From contig JBIKVZ010000002.1 of NCBI GenBank assembly GCA_044356525.1, forward strand, positions 322,612-386,611: 64,000 nt of DNA. The letters are read 5' to 3'. The DNA is from Rickettsiales bacterium. Lineage in GTDB: Bacteria; Pseudomonadota; Alphaproteobacteria; Rickettsiales; RGZB01. A program made the position numbers and the translations under genes. Within the stretch, counting starts at the first letter, position 1; every line of letters starts with the position of its first letter. Positions 19,211 to 29,542 of this stretch are shown piece by piece. Under the pieces are notes generated by a model. That model saw only the letters and a list, made by a program, of their open reading frames with translations, was not told where the DNA came from and did no database searches.

Positions 19211-19248
19211 ATTTTTTACAAGAACGTTAGGCAATAAGAGGGAAAATT

Positions 19249-19629
19249 ATGGCTTACAGCAATAAAGTAATCGACCACTACGAGAACCCGCGCAACGTGG
19301 GCTCGCTTGATAAAGAAAATCCAGAAGTAGGCACCGGCCTTGTGGGTGCGCCTGCTTGCGGCGACGTAATGAAACTGCAGATTCAGGTGAAAGATGGCGT
19401 CATTCAAGACGCCAAGTTCAAAACTTTCGGCTGCGGTTCTGCCATTGCCTCCAGCTCGCTTGCGACGGAATGGATTAAAGGCAAAACGCTGGATGAAGCG
19501 GAAACCATTAAAAACAACCAGATTGCAGAGCATCTTTCTCTGCCGCCGGTAAAAATCCATTGTTCGGTGTTGGCAGAAGATGCCATCAAGGCCGCTGTGG
19601 CAGATTACCGCAAAAAGCACGAGCAATAG
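19249..19629 (+). CDS. iscU: Fe-S cluster scaffold IscU
   Basis: 126-aa ORF with VIDHYENPRNVG, GAPACGDVMKL, FKTFGCGSAIASSS and LPPVKIHCSVLAEDA. Confidence 0.92.
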   Translation: MAYSNKVIDHYENPRNVGSLDKENPEVGTGLVGAPACGDVMKLQIQVKDGVIQDAKFKTFGCGSAIASSSLATEWIKGKTLDEAETIKNNQIAEHLSLPPVKIHCSVLAEDAIKAAVADYRKKHEQ

Positions 19630-19639
19630 GATTAAAGCC

Positions 19640-19975
19640 ATGCCTGCCGCACCCGTCAACCTCACTGATGCCGCTGCCGAACAGATTAAAAATCTGTTGG
19701 CTAGCCGTGGGAAAGAATCCCTCGGTGTGCGCGTGGGCGTGCGCAGCGGGGGCTGTTCAGGCCTTGCCTACACCATCGAGTATGCTGACGACGTGCGTAA
19801 GTTCGAAGAAGTGATTGATGAAAAAGGCGTGAAGGTGCTGATTGATCCCAAGGCTATTTTATATCTGATTGGCACTACGATGGATTTTAAGCAGGATAAA
19901 TTCAAATCCGGCTTTGTATTCGTCAACCCCAACGAAAAAGGTCGTTGCGGGTGTGGTGAATCGTTTCACGTTTAA
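19640..19975 (+). CDS. iscA: Fe-S cluster insertion protein IscA
   Basis: MPAAPVNLTDAAAEQIKNLL...GGCSGLAY...CGCGESFHV. The start is trimmed to ATG 19640, downstream of the iscU stop. Confidence 0.85.
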   Translation: MPAAPVNLTDAAAEQIKNLLASRGKESLGVRVGVRSGGCSGLAYTIEYADDVRKFEEVIDEKGVKVLIDPKAILYLIGTTMDFKQDKFKSGFVFVNPNEKGRCGCGESFHV

Positions 19976-19991
19976 GCAAGGCACTCATGTT

Positions 19992-20504
19992 ATGGTGGAA
20001 TCTTATTTTTCAATTCTAGACATGATTCCGTCTTTTGATATCGACGCGCAGGAACTCGAGCAGCGTTATATTGAAAAGCAGCAGCGCTATCACCCCGATA
20101 TGTATCTGATGAAGCCCGAGCGCGAGCGTATGCTGGCGCTGCAAATGGCTACCGATATCAACGCAGCGTATGAAACATTAAAAGACCCGCTGCAACGGGC
20201 GGAATATCTCCTCACGCTAAAAGGCGTAGACCTTACCGACAGCCGGAAGGCTATAAGGCCGGATGAAACACTGCTCATGCGCGTGATGGAAGAACGCGCC
20301 CAGCTGATGGAGGCAGAAGATGTTGGCACCATCTCCTTGCTTGAAAAAGATATGCAGAAGGATATGGGTGCCTGCATCGCAGCCCTTTCAAAGGCATTCG
20401 ATGAGCATAATGATAAAGTGGTAGTGCAGCAGGTGATGCGCCTTAAATACATTAAGAGATTTTTGGAAGAAGCGCGCTTAAAGCGCCGGAAGTTGGAACA
20501 TTAA
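19992..20504 (+). CDS. hscB: Co-chaperone HscB
   Basis: J-domain-like N-terminus ([32 protein letters not shown]) in the expected position between iscA and hscA. The start is trimmed to ATG 19992. Confidence 0.8.
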   Translation: MVESYFSILDMIPSFDIDAQELEQRYIEKQQRYHPDMYLMKPERERMLALQMATDINAAYETLKDPLQRAEYLLTLKGVDLTDSRKAIRPDETLLMRVMEERAQLMEAEDVGTISLLEKDMQKDMGACIAALSKAFDEHNDKVVVQQVMRLKYIKRFLEEARLKRRKLEH

Positions 20505-22402
20505 TGGTGAACTACCTGCAGATACATGAACCAGGCCAGTCACCCATGCCGCACGAGGAAACACTTGCGGTGGGCATCGACCTTGGTACGACCAATTCGC
20601 TGGTGGCGATTTCTGACAAAGGTACGCGGCAGGTGATTCGCGATGTGCGTGAGCGCGCGCTGCTGCCGTCTATCGTGGCCTATGGCAAGGATGGCTCTAT
20701 CATCGTGGGGCAGGATGCTGCCGCGTTGCTGGGTGAAGAGAGTGTGCACGTCGTTAGCTCCATCAAGCGCCTTATGGGGCGTGGTAAAGAAGACCTAAAA
20801 GAAATCGCGGGCACGCTGCCATATGAGATTGATGATAAGTCCGGCGGTATGGTGTCGCTCATGCTGGCGGGCCGTAGCGTTACGCCGGTTGAGATTTCTG
20901 CCGAGATTCTGAAGTCTCTTAAAGCACGTGCGGAACATGCACTCGAGCATGAGGTAACAAAAGCGGTGATTACTGTTCCTGCTTATTTTGACGATGCAGC
21001 CCGTACGGCCACAAAAGATGCAGCCCGTTTAGCAGGCATTGAAGTGTTGCGCCTGTTGAATGAGCCAACCGCTGCGGCTTTGGCCTATGGCCTCGATAAT
21101 GCTGCTGAAGGCGTGTATGCCGTTTACGACTTAGGCGGTGGCACGTTTGACATCTCGCTGCTTAAAATGGAAAAAGGCGTTTTCAAAGTACTTGCCACAG
21201 GCGGCGATGCTGCGCTCGGTGGCGATGATTTTGACGATGTGATTGCCGAGCATTTTGTGTCTGCCTCCGGCCTTACCGAGAAACTCAATCCGCGCCAGCT
21301 TGCGCAGCTTTTGGTCGTGGCACGCAAAGTAAAAGAAGAGCTCACACAGGAAAACAGCACCCGCATGGCGTTTGACTGCAAGGGTAAAACATTTGCCATC
21401 ACCTTAGATAAAGCCACGCTGGAAAAACTGATTTCCCAGAAAGTATCGCGCACCATTTCCATCTGCCGCGAGGTGATGGAAGATGCAAACCTTTCAAATT
21501 CCGAAATCAACGGTGTGGTGATGGTGGGTGGCTCCACCCGTGTGCCGCTTGTGCGCAGCAAGGTTGCAGAATTCTTTAAGTCAGAGCTGTATGCGGACGT
21601 AGACCCCGATAAAGTCGTGGCACTTGGCGCGGCCGTACAGGCTGAAGCCCTAACACGTGGGGGTGACACTTTGCTACTCGATGTAACACCACTGTCACTC
21701 GGTATTGAAACGATGGGCAAACTCGTTGAAAAAATCATTCACCGCAACACACCCATTCCGGTTGCACGCGCGCAGGAATTCACGACGTATGAAGACGGCC
21801 AGTCCGGCATGATGATTCACATTTTGCAGGGCGAACGCGAAATGGTGAGCCAATGCCGCTCGTTGGCACAGTTTGAGCTGAAAGGGATTCCGCCAATGCC
21901 TGCGGGTATTCCCAAAATAAAAATTACCTTCACCATTGATGCGGATGGCTTACTGAAAGTCTCTGCCCGCGAGGAAACGACGGGTGTTGAGCAGCAGATT
22001 GAAGTGAAGCCTTCTTATGGCCTTCCGGTTGAGAAAATTGAACAGATGCTGCGTGAAAGCATTGATAATGCCCGCGAGGATATACGTGAACGTTTGCTTG
22101 TGGAAGCACGGGTGGAAGCCGATGTAATGTGTCGCACGGTGGAATCTGCTATTGCAAAGGATGGTGATTTGTTGGATAACAGCAGCCGCGAAAAGATAGA
22201 GGCCCAGATAGTGGTGCTTAAAAAAGCCATGCAGGGTACCGACCGCGATACGATTGATATCGAGCTGCGCGAGCTTGAGAAAGTGGCAGAAGATTTTGCC
22301 GATAAGCGCGTGAACCGTGCTTTGACGCAGGCCATGAAAGGCAAATCCGTTTCTGCCGTAGAGGGGCAGATGACGGGTGATAAAAAAACGGCATCACAGT
22401 AA
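20504..22402 (+). CDS. hscA: Fe-S cluster chaperone HscA (Hsp70 family)
   Basis: 632-aa ORF with [22 protein letters not shown] and VGGSTRVP. The start ATG overlaps the hscB stop. Confidence 0.9.
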   Translation: MVNYLQIHEPGQSPMPHEETLAVGIDLGTTNSLVAISDKGTRQVIRDVRERALLPSIVAYGKDGSIIVGQDAAALLGEESVHVVSSIKRLMGRGKEDLKEIAGTLPYEIDDKSGGMVSLMLAGRSVTPVEISAEILKSLKARAEHALEHEVTKAVITVPAYFDDAARTATKDAARLAGIEVLRLLNEPTAAALAYGLDNAAEGVYAVYDLGGGTFDISLLKMEKGVFKVLATGGDAALGGDDFDDVIAEHFVSASGLTEKLNPRQLAQLLVVARKVKEELTQENSTRMAFDCKGKTFAITLDKATLEKLISQKVSRTISICREVMEDANLSNSEINGVVMVGGSTRVPLVRSKVAEFFKSELYADVDPDKVVALGAAVQAEALTRGGDTLLLDVTPLSLGIETMGKLVEKIIHRNTPIPVARAQEFTTYEDGQSGMMIHILQGEREMVSQCRSLAQFELKGIPPMPAGIPKIKITFTIDADGLLKVSAREETTGVEQQIEVKPSYGLPVEKIEQMLRESIDNAREDIRERLLVEARVEADVMCRTVESAIAKDGDLLDNSSREKIEAQIVVLKKAMQGTDRDTIDIELRELEKVAEDFADKRVNRALTQAMKGKSVSAVEGQMTGDKKTASQ

Positions 22403-22415
22403 CGGGAGAGTGCTC

Positions 22416-22754
22416 ATGCCAAAAGTGATTTTTAAACTGCCTACGGGCGAGGTAAGGGAAATTGAAGCGCCGGTTGGCATTTCCATCCTTGAAGTAGCGC
22501 ACCAGAATAAAATTTCGCTGGAAGGTGCTTGCGAAGGCTCGCTGGCCTGTTCCACCTGCCACGTGATTGTGGACGAAGAATATTTCGATAAACTCGCGCC
22601 CGCTTCTGAAGATGAAGAAGACATGCTCGATCTCGCCTTCGGCCTCACGCACACCTCGCGCCTTGGCTGCCAGATTAAAGTGTCTGATGCGCTCCATGGC
22701 ATCACGCTTTCCCTGCCATCCGCCACGCGTAACATGATGGTTGATAAGAAGTAA
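22416..22754 (+). CDS. fdx: ISC-type [2Fe-2S] ferredoxin
   Basis: Adrenodoxin-type ligand spacing in [12 protein letters not shown]...[14 protein letters not shown]...SRLGCQ. The start is trimmed to ATG 22416. Confidence 0.85.
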   Translation: MPKVIFKLPTGEVREIEAPVGISILEVAHQNKISLEGACEGSLACSTCHVIVDEEYFDKLAPASEDEEDMLDLAFGLTHTSRLGCQIKVSDALHGITLSLPSATRNMMVDKK

Positions 22755-22755
22755 C

Positions 22756-23058
22756 GTGGAGATAGTAAAAGCTTTACTCTTTCTTCTACTTGGTGTGTCC
22801 GGAGCCGCCTATGTTTCATGGTGCATATACCACGAATTAAAAACTGGCACTGCACGCGGTAAAAGTTCCCGCTCTTATACACGTGAAAAAGAACCAAAAA
22901 TCTTTTGGTTTCTTATTTCCGTGCATACTTTTGCACTTGCGATGATAGTTTTAGGAATGATTGCTGTAGTACAGCGCTTCCTTTTTGTTAGCAATGTTCA
23001 TTGCGACTTATGCTGCCACGATGGACTGCACCCACTCAAACAGGCTGGTCTTTGGTAG
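22756..23058 (+). CDS. Hypothetical small two-TM membrane protein
   Basis: ORF directly after fdx (GTG 22756 or the track start 22741) with two hydrophobic spans (ALLFLLLGVSGAAYVSWCIY and IFWFLISVHTFALAMIVLGMIAVV). It looks AT-richer than its flanks by eye. Its 3' end overlaps trxA by about 50 nt. I recognise no family. Confidence 0.3.
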   Translation: MEIVKALLFLLLGVSGAAYVSWCIYHELKTGTARGKSSRSYTREKEPKIFWFLISVHTFALAMIVLGMIAVVQRFLFVSNVHCDLCCHDGLHPLKQAGLW

Positions 23059-23331
23059 TGAGCCAACTTTAGTTGCCACTGGCTTACCATCTTTGAATAC
23101 GATAAGCGTCGGAATACCGCGCACGCCATAGCTGGTCGGGGTGTCTGGGTTTTCGTCGATATTGACCTTCACCACTTTCACCTTGTCGCCCATTTGCTTG
23201 GCGAGTTCTTCCACATGCGGCATCAGCTGGCGGCAAGGGCCGCACCATTCTGCCCAGAAATCCACCAGCACGGGCAGCTCAGATTTCAATACATCTTTTT
23301 CAAAATTCTTATCAGTTGTCGCTAAAGCCAC
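23008..23331 (-). CDS. trxA: Thioredoxin
   Basis: 107-aa ORF with the FWAEWCGPCR active site. Confidence 0.92.
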   Translation of the reverse strand: MALATTDKNFEKDVLKSELPVLVDFWAEWCGPCRQLMPHVEELAKQMGDKVKVVKVNIDENPDTPTSYGVRGIPTLIVFKDGKPVATKVGSLPKTSLFEWVQSIVAA

Positions 23332-23396
23332 AGGGACCTCCGTAATTATTGGTGACAGCTATTATGTAGTATGGAAAAGCGCCAAGTCAAGCAGCC

Positions 23397-26300
23397 TTAG
23401 GGCAAGTGTTTTAGTAAAATTTCATTCTCTAGTGGCATTAGGTGAGGAGTTTGGATCCATAGCAAAGCGGCGCGGATGATTTTGTTCGGGTATATTTCCT
23501 GTAATAACGTAGCATAAACAGCCATTTGGCTTAAATAAGCTTCCGATACCTCTGCTGTTGTTTTCGGTGGGTTCACGTTGGTTTTATAGTCGATTAGGAA
23601 AATCTCATTTTCGGTAATAGTGATGCGGTCTATCTGACCGGCGTAATATTTGCCACCAATCTGCCCCGCCAGCGAAACTTCGGCACGGGAGTTTTCTAAA
23701 AATAAGGCCTTGAAGTCTTGATGGCGCATCACCGCCACTGTTTCAGCGATAAGGCTGCTTTTATCCTGAACATCTTTGATGCCTACCACGATGCGTTCGG
23801 CGGCTTTCTGCCACTCTGCCTCTGGCACGGTGGGTAGTAACTCCAGCAGGCGGTGGATGGCCACACCGCGCGCGCGCGCCATCTGCCCGCTGGCGGGTGA
23901 GTGCTCGCCGCCTTCTGTTCCTGCCATGCGCGAAGGAGATTGATAGATGCGGACTTCTTCTTTAGCGGCTTCTTTAAGCATGAAGTGTGGCAGCGTTACA
24001 GGCGCGTCTGCCACAGGCTGTTTTTGCTTGGCATCTGCTTTCACTGTTTGCGGGCACTCCACCACAAAGCCTTTGTTATTTTCTTCTGGCAGGAGTGGAA
24101 ATATTGTTTCTTTTGCACCTTCCATTGTGCTTACCGCATTCCACAATAATTGATGCCAGCAGTCGCCCTGCATCTTCTGTAAATGGTGGCCACAAATATA
24201 CAATTCATCCTCTGCGCGGGTGAGCGCCACATACAGCAAGCGGGCGGCTTCTTCATCCATATCAGCCTTTTGTTTAATCTTCAGCGCGTCTGTGTAATGG
24301 CTATAATTTTCCGCGCGGCCGGGCCAGAAAACCAGCCCGTCATTGTTCCATAGGAATTTTACTTTACCCGTGCCCTTGGTGCGCGTGGTGTCAGGCAGAA
24401 TCACAATCGGTGCCTGTAAGCCTTTGGCGGCGTGCACGGTCATCACCCGCACTTCGCTGCGTGTATGTTCCATGTTGCGCTTAATCACAATGTCGCTTGT
24501 CACCAGCCAGTGCAGGAAGTGCTGCAGCGATGCGGTGTATTGGCTGGCATAGCTGAGGCTTAGGTTTAAAAACTCATCAATAGGGTCATTCACTTCGGTG
24601 CCCATGCGGCTAATGAAGCGGCTGCGCCCACCTTCGGCATCCAGCGCTTTTGAAAAGAAAGCAAACGGCGTCATGTAATCTGCTGCCGCGAGCGTGGCGG
24701 AAAGTTGCTCGCAGGCGTGATGGTGGGTTTCACTTTTGTCAGCGGACTGCTTTAAACGCTCCCAAAGGCTTTGCTTATCGCGCCCGTAGGCCAGTTCAAA
24801 AAGCTGCTCCTCACTGAAGCCAAAGAGCGGGCTTTTCAGCAGGCAGGCGAGGGTGTAATCATCGTCCGGCAGCAGTGCAAAATGCCCCAGCGCCATCAAA
24901 TCCATAATGGCGATATGTTCGGTGAGCTTCAGGCGGTCCACGCCTGCCACGGGCACGTTGTGCCGCTTGAGTGCGTGAATTAGCGTTTCCACAAATTCAT
25001 TACGCTGCTGGATAAGGATCATAATGTCGCCCGCCGCCACAGCGCGCCCCTTGGCGGGCAGTATGCGACCTGATTCCAGCCAATGCTGAATCTGTAAGGC
25101 AATCGTATCTGCCAGCCGAACCGCAGGGTCTTCCTTGGTGCGGTAGTGGTCGGGCAGGGGCCAGAATTCTTTTTCATTTTGCTTTGGTTTGGTCAGTGCG
25201 GGCCATAGCTCCACTCTTCCGGCATGGCCAAGGCGGTGCGCTTCATGTGGAATGTAAGCGTCGGAAGTGACAGCGCGTGCGAGGGCATCATCCTTAAACA
25301 CAGCATCCACCACATCCAGTACGGCTTTTACTGAGCGGAAAGATTTATCGAGCGAAACCGAGTGCCACGGCTGTTTTGCCTCTTTGGCTTTTTTCTTCAG
25401 CATGGTGTGCATGGCGTTAAAGCCACTGACATCAGCGCCCTGAAAACTGTAGATGGATTGCTTTTCGTCACCCACCACAAACAAGGTGCGGGTGGTGGCG
25501 CTGCTGCTTTCGCCACTGAAAAACTCTTCGCACAGTGCTTTTAAAATCTGCCATTGCAGGGGCGATGTATCCTGCGCTTCATCTACCAGCACGTGGTTGA
25601 TGCCGCCATCCAGCTTGAAGCGTATCCACGGGGCAGATTCGCTTTTTTCTAAAAGGTTTGCCGCGCTTTTAATCAGGTCATCAAAATCCAGCAGGCATTG
25701 GCTTTTCTTTAAGAACGCGTACAGCTCCATCAGCCCTTCACTCACGTGAATCATGCTTTCAGTCAGCTGCGCGGTGGTGATGTTGGCGCAGTAATCCAGC
25801 ACTTTTAAAATGCGGCGCTGTTCGGCATGCACGATGTCTGCTGCATCGGGCAGGTATGGTTGTGTTTTTTCTGTAATAACGCTTTTTAGTTTTTTCTCTT
25901 CGCCGCTCGCGGTGATGAAAACCGAGGCATAGGCCTTATCAAAAATGAAGGTGCGTTTTTCAGGCGTGCTTTCCAGAAACGAAAAAATAACGGGAGCATT
26001 GTTGCGGTCGGTGTCATTTTTTCCATCCCGCAGTGTGCCGGCCAAGCGGCGCAGATTTTTGGCATCAAATGCATCGTCTTTGCAGGCGGCAAGTAACAAC
26101 GTATTCACATTATCTTCCGGCTTCGCGCCGAGGGCGCCATACACATTTCTTACGAAAGCATCAGCGCTGCCATGTACTTTAATTTGCTCTGCGAGCTTGC
26201 CACGTTGGTTAATGATTTCCTGTAGCACCTCGTTGAAGCTTTTATCGCCCACATTCTGCGCGATATGCCGAAGCGCTACCGCGATACGTTCGTGTTTTTG

Positions 26301-26843
26301 CTGCGGCAAAAAGCTGCTGCCGCCCGTGATAAGCCTCAGGCGGGCTTCTTCCAGCATTGCGCGGGTGCGGTCGTCCTCTGCCACAGAAAAATGCGGTGCT
26401 AACCCTGCCTCAAGCGGGAAGCGCTTCAGCAGTGATTGGCAGAAAGAGTGAATGGTAAGAATTTTAAGGCTTTCCGGATTATCCACCACCTTGGCAAAAA
26501 GTTTGCGTGCGGTGCTGAGATGCGCAGTGCTGGGTGGTGTAGATGTCAGCTTCTTAAGCGTTTCCGCCAAGGCATCGTCGTTCATTATCACCCACCGTGC
26601 GAGCTCGTTATGCACGCGCAGGGCCATTTCAGCGGCTGCGGCTTTGGTGAAGGTGATGCAGAGGATTTCTTCTGGCGCGGTGCCTTCCAGCAGCAGGCGC
26701 AGCACGCGCTCGGTCAGCACTTTGGTTTTGCCTGTTCCGGCAGAAGCGCTCACCCACACGCTATGTGCGGGGTTTGATGCTAATTCCTGTGCGGCGCTTG
26801 AAATAGGTGCGAGGTTAAGGGGCAGATGCGGCGCGGCCTGCAT
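23397..26843 (-). CDS. addA: Double-strand break repair helicase AddA (UvrD-like helicase plus C-terminal PD-(D/E)xK nuclease)
   Basis: 1148-aa ORF with Walker A SASAGTGKTKVL and helicase motifs (VDEAQDTSPLQW, TVHAAKGLQAP, YVALTRAEDELY). The C-terminal nuclease motif is GQIDRITITENEIFLIDYKTN. Confidence 0.85.
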   Translation of the reverse strand: MQAAPHLPLNLAPISSAAQELASNPAHSVWVSASAGTGKTKVLTERVLRLLLEGTAPEEILCITFTKAAAAEMALRVHNELARWVIMNDDALAETLKKLTSTPPSTAHLSTARKLFAKVVDNPESLKILTIHSFCQSLLKRFPLEAGLAPHFSVAEDDRTRAMLEEARLRLITGGSSFLPQQKHERIAVALRHIAQNVGDKSFNEVLQEIINQRGKLAEQIKVHGSADAFVRNVYGALGAKPEDNVNTLLLAACKDDAFDAKNLRRLAGTLRDGKNDTDRNNAPVIFSFLESTPEKRTFIFDKAYASVFITASGEEKKLKSVITEKTQPYLPDAADIVHAEQRRILKVLDYCANITTAQLTESMIHVSEGLMELYAFLKKSQCLLDFDDLIKSAANLLEKSESAPWIRFKLDGGINHVLVDEAQDTSPLQWQILKALCEEFFSGESSSATTRTLFVVGDEKQSIYSFQGADVSGFNAMHTMLKKKAKEAKQPWHSVSLDKSFRSVKAVLDVVDAVFKDDALARAVTSDAYIPHEAHRLGHAGRVELWPALTKPKQNEKEFWPLPDHYRTKEDPAVRLADTIALQIQHWLESGRILPAKGRAVAAGDIMILIQQRNEFVETLIHALKRHNVPVAGVDRLKLTEHIAIMDLMALGHFALLPDDDYTLACLLKSPLFGFSEEQLFELAYGRDKQSLWERLKQSADKSETHHHACEQLSATLAAADYMTPFAFFSKALDAEGGRSRFISRMGTEVNDPIDEFLNLSLSYASQYTASLQHFLHWLVTSDIVIKRNMEHTRSEVRVMTVHAAKGLQAPIVILPDTTRTKGTGKVKFLWNNDGLVFWPGRAENYSHYTDALKIKQKADMDEEAARLLYVALTRAEDELYICGHHLQKMQGDCWHQLLWNAVSTMEGAKETIFPLLPEENNKGFVVECPQTVKADAKQKQPVADAPVTLPHFMLKEAAKEEVRIYQSPSRMAGTEGGEHSPASGQMARARGVAIHRLLELLPTVPEAEWQKAAERIVVGIKDVQDKSSLIAETVAVMRHQDFKALFLENSRAEVSLAGQIGGKYYAGQIDRITITENEIFLIDYKTNVNPPKTTAEVSEAYLSQMAVYATLLQEIYPNKIIRAALLWIQTPHLMPLENEILLKHLP

Positions 26844-27782
26844 TTAAACACACTTGTAGCGTTCGAGATATTTCGGGGCGATGTCTTCCGCCTTGGAAGG
26901 TTTAATACCAAGTGTTTTGAACGTGTATTGGGCGTTGTCGCTCACCACGTTATCATATTGCAAAAGGGTCACTTGGTCACGCGTCAGAGGAGGTTTGGGC
27001 AATAACTCACTTGGCCCTGCGATGGCATATTTGGCAAATGGAATGGGGATAGATACCAAAAAGCGTTTGCGGCCAGTGACCTTCAACACAAACTCCATCA
27101 ACTCACGGAAGCTATACACTTTGCCGCCACCCAGCTCGAATATTGCGCCTTCATACCCGTCATTTTCAATAATCCGCACAATGGCTTCCGCGACATCATT
27201 CACATACACAGGTTGGAATTTTGTTTTTCCGCCGCCAATTAAAGGTAGGGCAGGCGCGATGGCGGCCATTTTGGCAAAGCGGTTGAAGAACTGGTCTTCC
27301 GCGCCAAAAATAACGCTCGGGCGAACAATAACAGCACTAGGGAATGCGGCCAGCACGGCCTTTTCACCATTCAGTTTGGTGCGGGCATAGTTTGAAAGCA
27401 CAGCTTTATCTACCCCAAGGGCAGATACATGAATAAACTGCTTCACGCCTGCTTTTTTGGCCTCTTGCGCCACGGTTTCAGCGCCCTTGGCGTGCACCGC
27501 GCCGAAACGCTGCTTGCCGCTTTGGAACAAAATGCCTGTCAGGTTTACCACAACATCGGAGTTGGTGATTGCTGCTTTGATGGAGTCTGGCTTGCGGACG
27601 TTGCACTTCACAAGGCTCACTTGCCCTACCATGCCGGCGGTTTTGGCAAACAGGGCTTTTTCAGGGTAACGCGAGGCGATATTGACCAGATGTCCGGCTT
27701 TGGCGAGCGCATTGGCCACATAGCCGCCCACAAAGCCGCTGCCGCCGATAATCGTGATGATTTTACGTTCTGCCATGGGCAT
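26844..27782 (-). CDS. NAD(P)-binding SDR-family protein, complex I NDUFA9-like
   Basis: 312-aa ORF with the Rossmann motif TIIGGSGFVGGYV and NDUFA9/NmrA-like length. Its stop directly abuts the addA start codon. Confidence 0.7.
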   Translation of the reverse strand: MPMAERKIITIIGGSGFVGGYVANALAKAGHLVNIASRYPEKALFAKTAGMVGQVSLVKCNVRKPDSIKAAITNSDVVVNLTGILFQSGKQRFGAVHAKGAETVAQEAKKAGVKQFIHVSALGVDKAVLSNYARTKLNGEKAVLAAFPSAVIVRPSVIFGAEDQFFNRFAKMAAIAPALPLIGGGKTKFQPVYVNDVAEAIVRIIENDGYEGAIFELGGGKVYSFRELMEFVLKVTGRKRFLVSIPIPFAKYAIAGPSELLPKPPLTRDQVTLLQYDNVVSDNAQYTFKTLGIKPSKAEDIAPKYLERYKCV

Positions 27783-27927
27783 CCCTTATCAGCATTAACC
27801 AGCCGCCATTTATAAAGAAAATAAACCCATTTGCAAAGCGATAGGTTTGCGGCAGCAAAAAGAGCTACTCAAAGCACCGCAAATGATATAAATTACTGGC
27901 AAAACAAGCTATTAAACACGTGAAGGG

Positions 27928-28554
27928 GTGCTACCCGTGGTGAACCATCTGTATACCTATGACCTACCGGCTGGCCTTAGCCTTGCAGGTGACTTGGCGA
28001 TTGATACTGAAACGCTGGGTTTGAACCTGTCGCGCGACCGTCTGTGCGTGGTACAGATTTCAAATGGGGATGGTAACGCGCATCTGGTGCACTTCCCTGA
28101 GCCGAAATACGATGCGCCGAATTTGCGCAAGCTGCTGCGTGAAAGCAAAGGCACCAAGATTTTTCATTATGCCCGCTTCGACCTTGCCGCGCTTAAAATT
28201 TACCTCGATGTGGAACTGAAGAACTCTGTCTACTGCACGAAGATTGCTTCCAAGCTGGTGCGCACCTACACGGATAAGCACGGCCTTAAAGATTTGTGCC
28301 GTGAGTTTCTGAACTTTGAACTTTCCAAGCAGCAACAATCGTCTTACTGGGGCTCCGATAGTTTAACCGAAGAGCAGGTGAAATACGCTGCGTCTGACGT
28401 GCTGTATTTGCATGAACTCAAAGCCAAGCTGGAAGCGATGCTGAAAGACACAGGCCGCACCGAGCTGGCAAAAGCTTGCTTCACCTTCCTTCCGGCGCGC
28501 GTGGCGCTCGACATGGCGGGCTGGCAAGATCACGATATCTTCTCGCACGCGTAG
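27928..28554 (+). CDS. Short RNase D-like 3'-5' exonuclease (DEDDy)
   Basis: 208-aa ORF with AIDTETLGL, LCVVQIS, FHYARFDL and YAASDVLYLH. The track start is GTG 27928. GTG 27937 or 27940 are alternative starts. Confidence 0.75.
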   Translation: MLPVVNHLYTYDLPAGLSLAGDLAIDTETLGLNLSRDRLCVVQISNGDGNAHLVHFPEPKYDAPNLRKLLRESKGTKIFHYARFDLAALKIYLDVELKNSVYCTKIASKLVRTYTDKHGLKDLCREFLNFELSKQQQSSYWGSDSLTEEQVKYAASDVLYLHELKAKLEAMLKDTGRTELAKACFTFLPARVALDMAGWQDHDIFSHA

Positions 28555-28558
28555 AGTT

Positions 28559-29542
28559 ATGGCAAAAAAAACGCAAGCCAAAACAGTGTCTGCAAACCGC
28601 GATATTAAAGTGGCCATCAATGTGCTGGAAACAGCAATTGAAGGCATTCGCGCTTTAGAGCTTGCGCTCGATAATCGCTTTATTAAAGCGGTGGATATTA
28701 TCGCGAACCTTAAGGGTCGCGTTATCATCAGTGGCATGGGCAAAAGCGGTCACATTGCGCGTAAAATTGCTGCCACGCTTGCTTCCACGGGTACGCCTGC
28801 GCATTTCGTGCATCCGGGTGAAGCGAGCCACGGCGACCTCGGCATGATTACAAAGGACGATGCGGTGATCCTGCTTTCAAACTCCGGCGAAACGGCGGAG
28901 CTAAAAGACATCATCACTTACACCAAACGTTTTTCTATCCCACTCATTGGCGTGGTACGCCGCAAAACTTCCTCGCTGGTGGATGCGGCAGACATTGCTT
29001 TCGTGCTGCCGGAAATTCCGGAAGCATCGCCGCTAGGTGCGCCGACGACTTCCACCACCATGATGCTGGTGTGGGGCGATGCGGTGGCAATGGCGCTGCT
29101 GGAGCGCCGTGGTTTCGGGAAGGACGATTTTAAAGTATTCCACCCCGGCGGCAAGCTGGGCAGCAAGCTCACCAAAGTGAAAGATTTAATGCGTGCGGGC
29201 AAAGCGCTGCCCGTGGTGAAAGCTTCAGCCCCGATGTCAGAGGCGTTGCTTGAAATTACCTCAAAGCGCCTTGGCTGCACCGCAGTGGTGGATGCAAAAG
29301 GCAAATTGATTGGCATCATCACCGATGGTGATTTGCGCCGCCACATGGGTGACAACATCATCCGCCAAAAAGCCGAAAAAGTAATGACGGCAAAACCTGT
29401 GTGCATCCGCCCGAACGCGCTGGCAGAAGAAGCCGTAGCGGTGATGAATAAAAAATCCATCACCAGCCTGTTTGTGGTTGAGGGCGATACACTGCTCGGC
29501 ATTATCCACATCCATGACTTGCTGAAAGCGGGAGCAGCATGA
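28559..29542 (+). CDS. kdsD: Arabinose-5-phosphate isomerase (KdsD/KpsF family, SIS plus two CBS domains)
   Basis: 327-aa ORF with GRVIISGMGKSGHIARKIAATLASTGTPA and SNSGET, plus C-terminal CBS repeats. It sits upstream of lptC-lptA-lptB. Confidence 0.85.
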   Translation: MAKKTQAKTVSANRDIKVAINVLETAIEGIRALELALDNRFIKAVDIIANLKGRVIISGMGKSGHIARKIAATLASTGTPAHFVHPGEASHGDLGMITKDDAVILLSNSGETAELKDIITYTKRFSIPLIGVVRRKTSSLVDAADIAFVLPEIPEASPLGAPTTSTTMMLVWGDAVAMALLERRGFGKDDFKVFHPGGKLGSKLTKVKDLMRAGKALPVVKASAPMSEALLEITSKRLGCTAVVDAKGKLIGIITDGDLRRHMGDNIIRQKAEKVMTAKPVCIRPNALAEEAVAVMNKKSITSLFVVEGDTLLGIIHIHDLLKAGAA

